64,000 bases of DNA. Source: Vairimorpha necatrix. Its lineage: Eukaryota. The stretch's first letter is position 1; each line of letters opens with the position of its first letter. The notes beneath the pieces are model-generated. The model had not been told where the DNA came from. It did not search any database and saw nothing but the letters and a program-made list of their open reading frames with translations. Both the position numbers and the translations under genes were made by a program. The stretch spans positions 1,178,001-1,242,000 of the forward strand of contig CP142730.1 of the NCBI GenBank assembly GCA_036630325.1, written 5' to 3'. Positions 62,200-64,000 of this stretch are shown here, in pieces.

Positions 62200-64000
62200 T
62201 GTAGGGTTTAGAACCCTTAATAAATAAATGGTTAACATGGCGAACACAAGGATGAACAGGGAAACAAGAGAGTCCCGTAGTCAAGAGGCTAGAACATTAG
62301 AGAAAGAGGCAATTAGGATAGATAAGAGACTAAAGTTAATATTGAAAGTTGAGAAAGTTGAGTGGAAAGATGTTATGGATTTGGCATCTGCGAACTTGCA
62401 GGATTATATTTTTGAAAATTTTTGTGACGGAAGGAGCAGTTGGGAGGAAATTTATAAAGGCTTACAAAAAGGAGCAGAATTTGAGAGAGAGTCAGAAGAA
62501 AGACAAGAAATGATTAAAGAGATTATGGATAAAGTGTTGAAAGAGTTTAGGGAAGAAAGAAAAGAAAATCTTAGGATGTATAGGAAAAGAAGAGAAATCA
62601 GAGAAACTACAAAATGTTTTATATGTAAGAAAGAAGGGCATTACGCTAGAGAATGTCATGAAAGTGTAGCTGGTAGGGAAAAATATAAAATTAAAAAGGA
62701 ACAAGTTTTACAGAAAGAACCAATTATCAACAATGAAGGGAAAAGATGTAAAACAGTAAATAAGTTAGAAAATTTAATTGAAAAGTATCCGGAAGTTTTT
62801 AAAGAATCAGAAGAAAAGATAAAATATCTCACAGGAGAGAAGTGTCCAATAAATACTAAGCAAGGTGAAAAGGTTGTGAAAAGAGGGCAGAATGTGCCAT
62901 ACTACCTTAGGGTGAAATTTGAGGAGTACTTGAATAAGTTGGAAAATAGAGGGGTTATAAGACGTTCCAAAAGTGAGTGGAGGAGTCCAATAAGAGCACT
63001 TGAAAACCCAAATGGGGACGTAAGATTGGTAAGCAATTTGATGGCGTTAAACGATTTGGTTGACAAGGACCCGTACTCACTACCGTTAATTAAGGATATT
63101 ATGAGAGCCACACAGGGGTCAAAAGTATTTACGGTTATCGACTTAAAAGAAGGGTTTTATCATATTGAGATTGAGGAGCACCATAAGCACAAAACAGCAT
63201 TTGAAGTGAATGGTCGAGTATACGAATGGAATAGTATGGTTATGGGGTTTAAGAATTCGCCTCATATAATGCAGAGAGTAATGAACAGAGTTTTAGATGA
63301 ATTCAGAGGTAAAGGCGTGGAAGTATATATGGATGATATAGTTATTCATGGTAAAGACGTAAGAGTGCATGACGAGTTACTAGAGAGGGTAATTAAAAAG
63401 TTTAAAGAGTGTGGGTTGAGAATAAACCAAACAAAGATACAATACAAAAAAGATGAGGTGATGTTGCTGGGAGTAACAATTAATGGGGAGGTCATGGGAC
63501 CGAATGAGATTAAAAAGCAGGAGACATTGGAATATAGAAAACCTGAGAATGTTAGAGAGTTAAGAAGATTTTTAGGACTAACTGGTTGGTTTAGAGACTT
63601 TATTCCCAACTATGCGTATAGAACAGTAAGGCTTACTGAGGCTTTAAAGAAAGATGTTAAGTGGAATTGGACGGAGGATATGGAAAGAGCTTTTGAGGAT
63701 ATGAAGCAAGGCTTGAGAGATATGAAAAAGTTGAAGATTCCGGACGGAAAAAAGCTATTTAGAGTAAGAACTGATGCGTGTGATACGGGGATCGGAGCAA
63801 TTCTATTACAAGAAAATAAAGAGGGTGAGTGGATTCCGATACAATGGGCATCGAAAATGTTGACTCCTACCGAGCGAAGATATACGATAAGTGAGAAGGA
63901 GATGTTGGTGGTGTTTTTTGGAATAAAGAAGTTTGAAAGTGATTTGAGAGGAAGGAAATTTCATTTGATGACGGATCATAAAGCATTAGCAGAGATCAGA
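62200..64000 (+). mobile_element. Ty3/Gypsy family C (related to A), runs off the window end
   Basis: Candidate 5' LTR TGTAGGGTTTAGAACCCTTAATAAATAAATGGTTAACA (62200-62237), then PBS-like TGGCGAAC. The 3' LTR is not in the window, so the left boundary is unverified (alternative TGT at 62161). Confidence 0.9.
62228..64000 (+). CDS. Gag(CCHC)-RT-RNase H polyprotein, partial (591 codons open to window end), no protease
   Basis: Manual translation: MVNMANTR..QEARTLEKE..CFICKKEGHYAREC..LIEKYPEVF..RLVSNLMALN..IDLKEGF..YMDD..TDAC..SEKE..TDHKAL. No stop codon. Missing from the ORF track. Confidence 0.93.
   Translation, partial: MVNMANTRMNRETRESRSQEARTLEKEAIRIDKRLKLILKVEKVEWKDVMDLASANLQDYIFENFCDGRSSWEEIYKGLQKGAEFERESEERQEMIKEIMDKVLKEFREERKENLRMYRKRREIRETTKCFICKKEGHYARECHESVAGREKYKIKKEQVLQKEPIINNEGKRCKTVNKLENLIEKYPEVFKESEEKIKYLTGEKCPINTKQGEKVVKRGQNVPYYLRVKFEEYLNKLENRGVIRRSKSEWRSPIRALENPNGDVRLVSNLMALNDLVDKDPYSLPLIKDIMRATQGSKVFTVIDLKEGFYHIEIEEHHKHKTAFEVNGRVYEWNSMVMGFKNSPHIMQRVMNRVLDEFRGKGVEVYMDDIVIHGKDVRVHDELLERVIKKFKECGLRINQTKIQYKKDEVMLLGVTINGEVMGPNEIKKQETLEYRKPENVRELRRFLGLTGWFRDFIPNYAYRTVRLTEALKKDVKWNWTEDMERAFEDMKQGLRDMKKLKIPDGKKLFRVRTDACDTGIGAILLQENKEGEWIPIQWASKMLTPTERRYTISEKEMLVVFFGIKKFESDLRGRKFHLMTDHKALAEIR

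Noticed and set aside
63775-63790. A DTG tripeptide in family C
   Set aside because: It lies in the RNase H TDACDTGIGA motif and is not a protease site.

Overview
Very AT-rich, gene-sparse eukaryotic DNA, most likely microsporidian (inference from CCC/GGG motifs just before the ATGs and from the transposon set). It contains: (i) four Ty3/Gypsy LTR retrotransposons of three families, all with extremely short LTRs (49 bp, 69-70 bp, and probably 38 bp) that hold the start codon of the polyprotein. Two families (A: two 3184-bp near-identical copies; C: cut by the window end) encode one Gag(CCHC)-RT-RNaseH(-IN) ORF with a ~125-aa mini-Gag and no recognisable aspartic protease. (ii) Three Merlin (IS1595-like) DNA transposons with TIRs. 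(iii) A decayed Ginger-like integrase element, RLE-type non-LTR remnants and a three-copy MITE-like family. (iv) A co-oriented array of six paralogous putative type-I membrane protein genes (2 intact, 4 broken). (v) A HECT E3 ligase pseudogene and two orphan genes. No rRNA, tRNA or CRISPR was seen. The top candidate for an undescribed system is the protease-less, mini-LTR retrotransposon lineage. All readings are by eye and no database searches were run.
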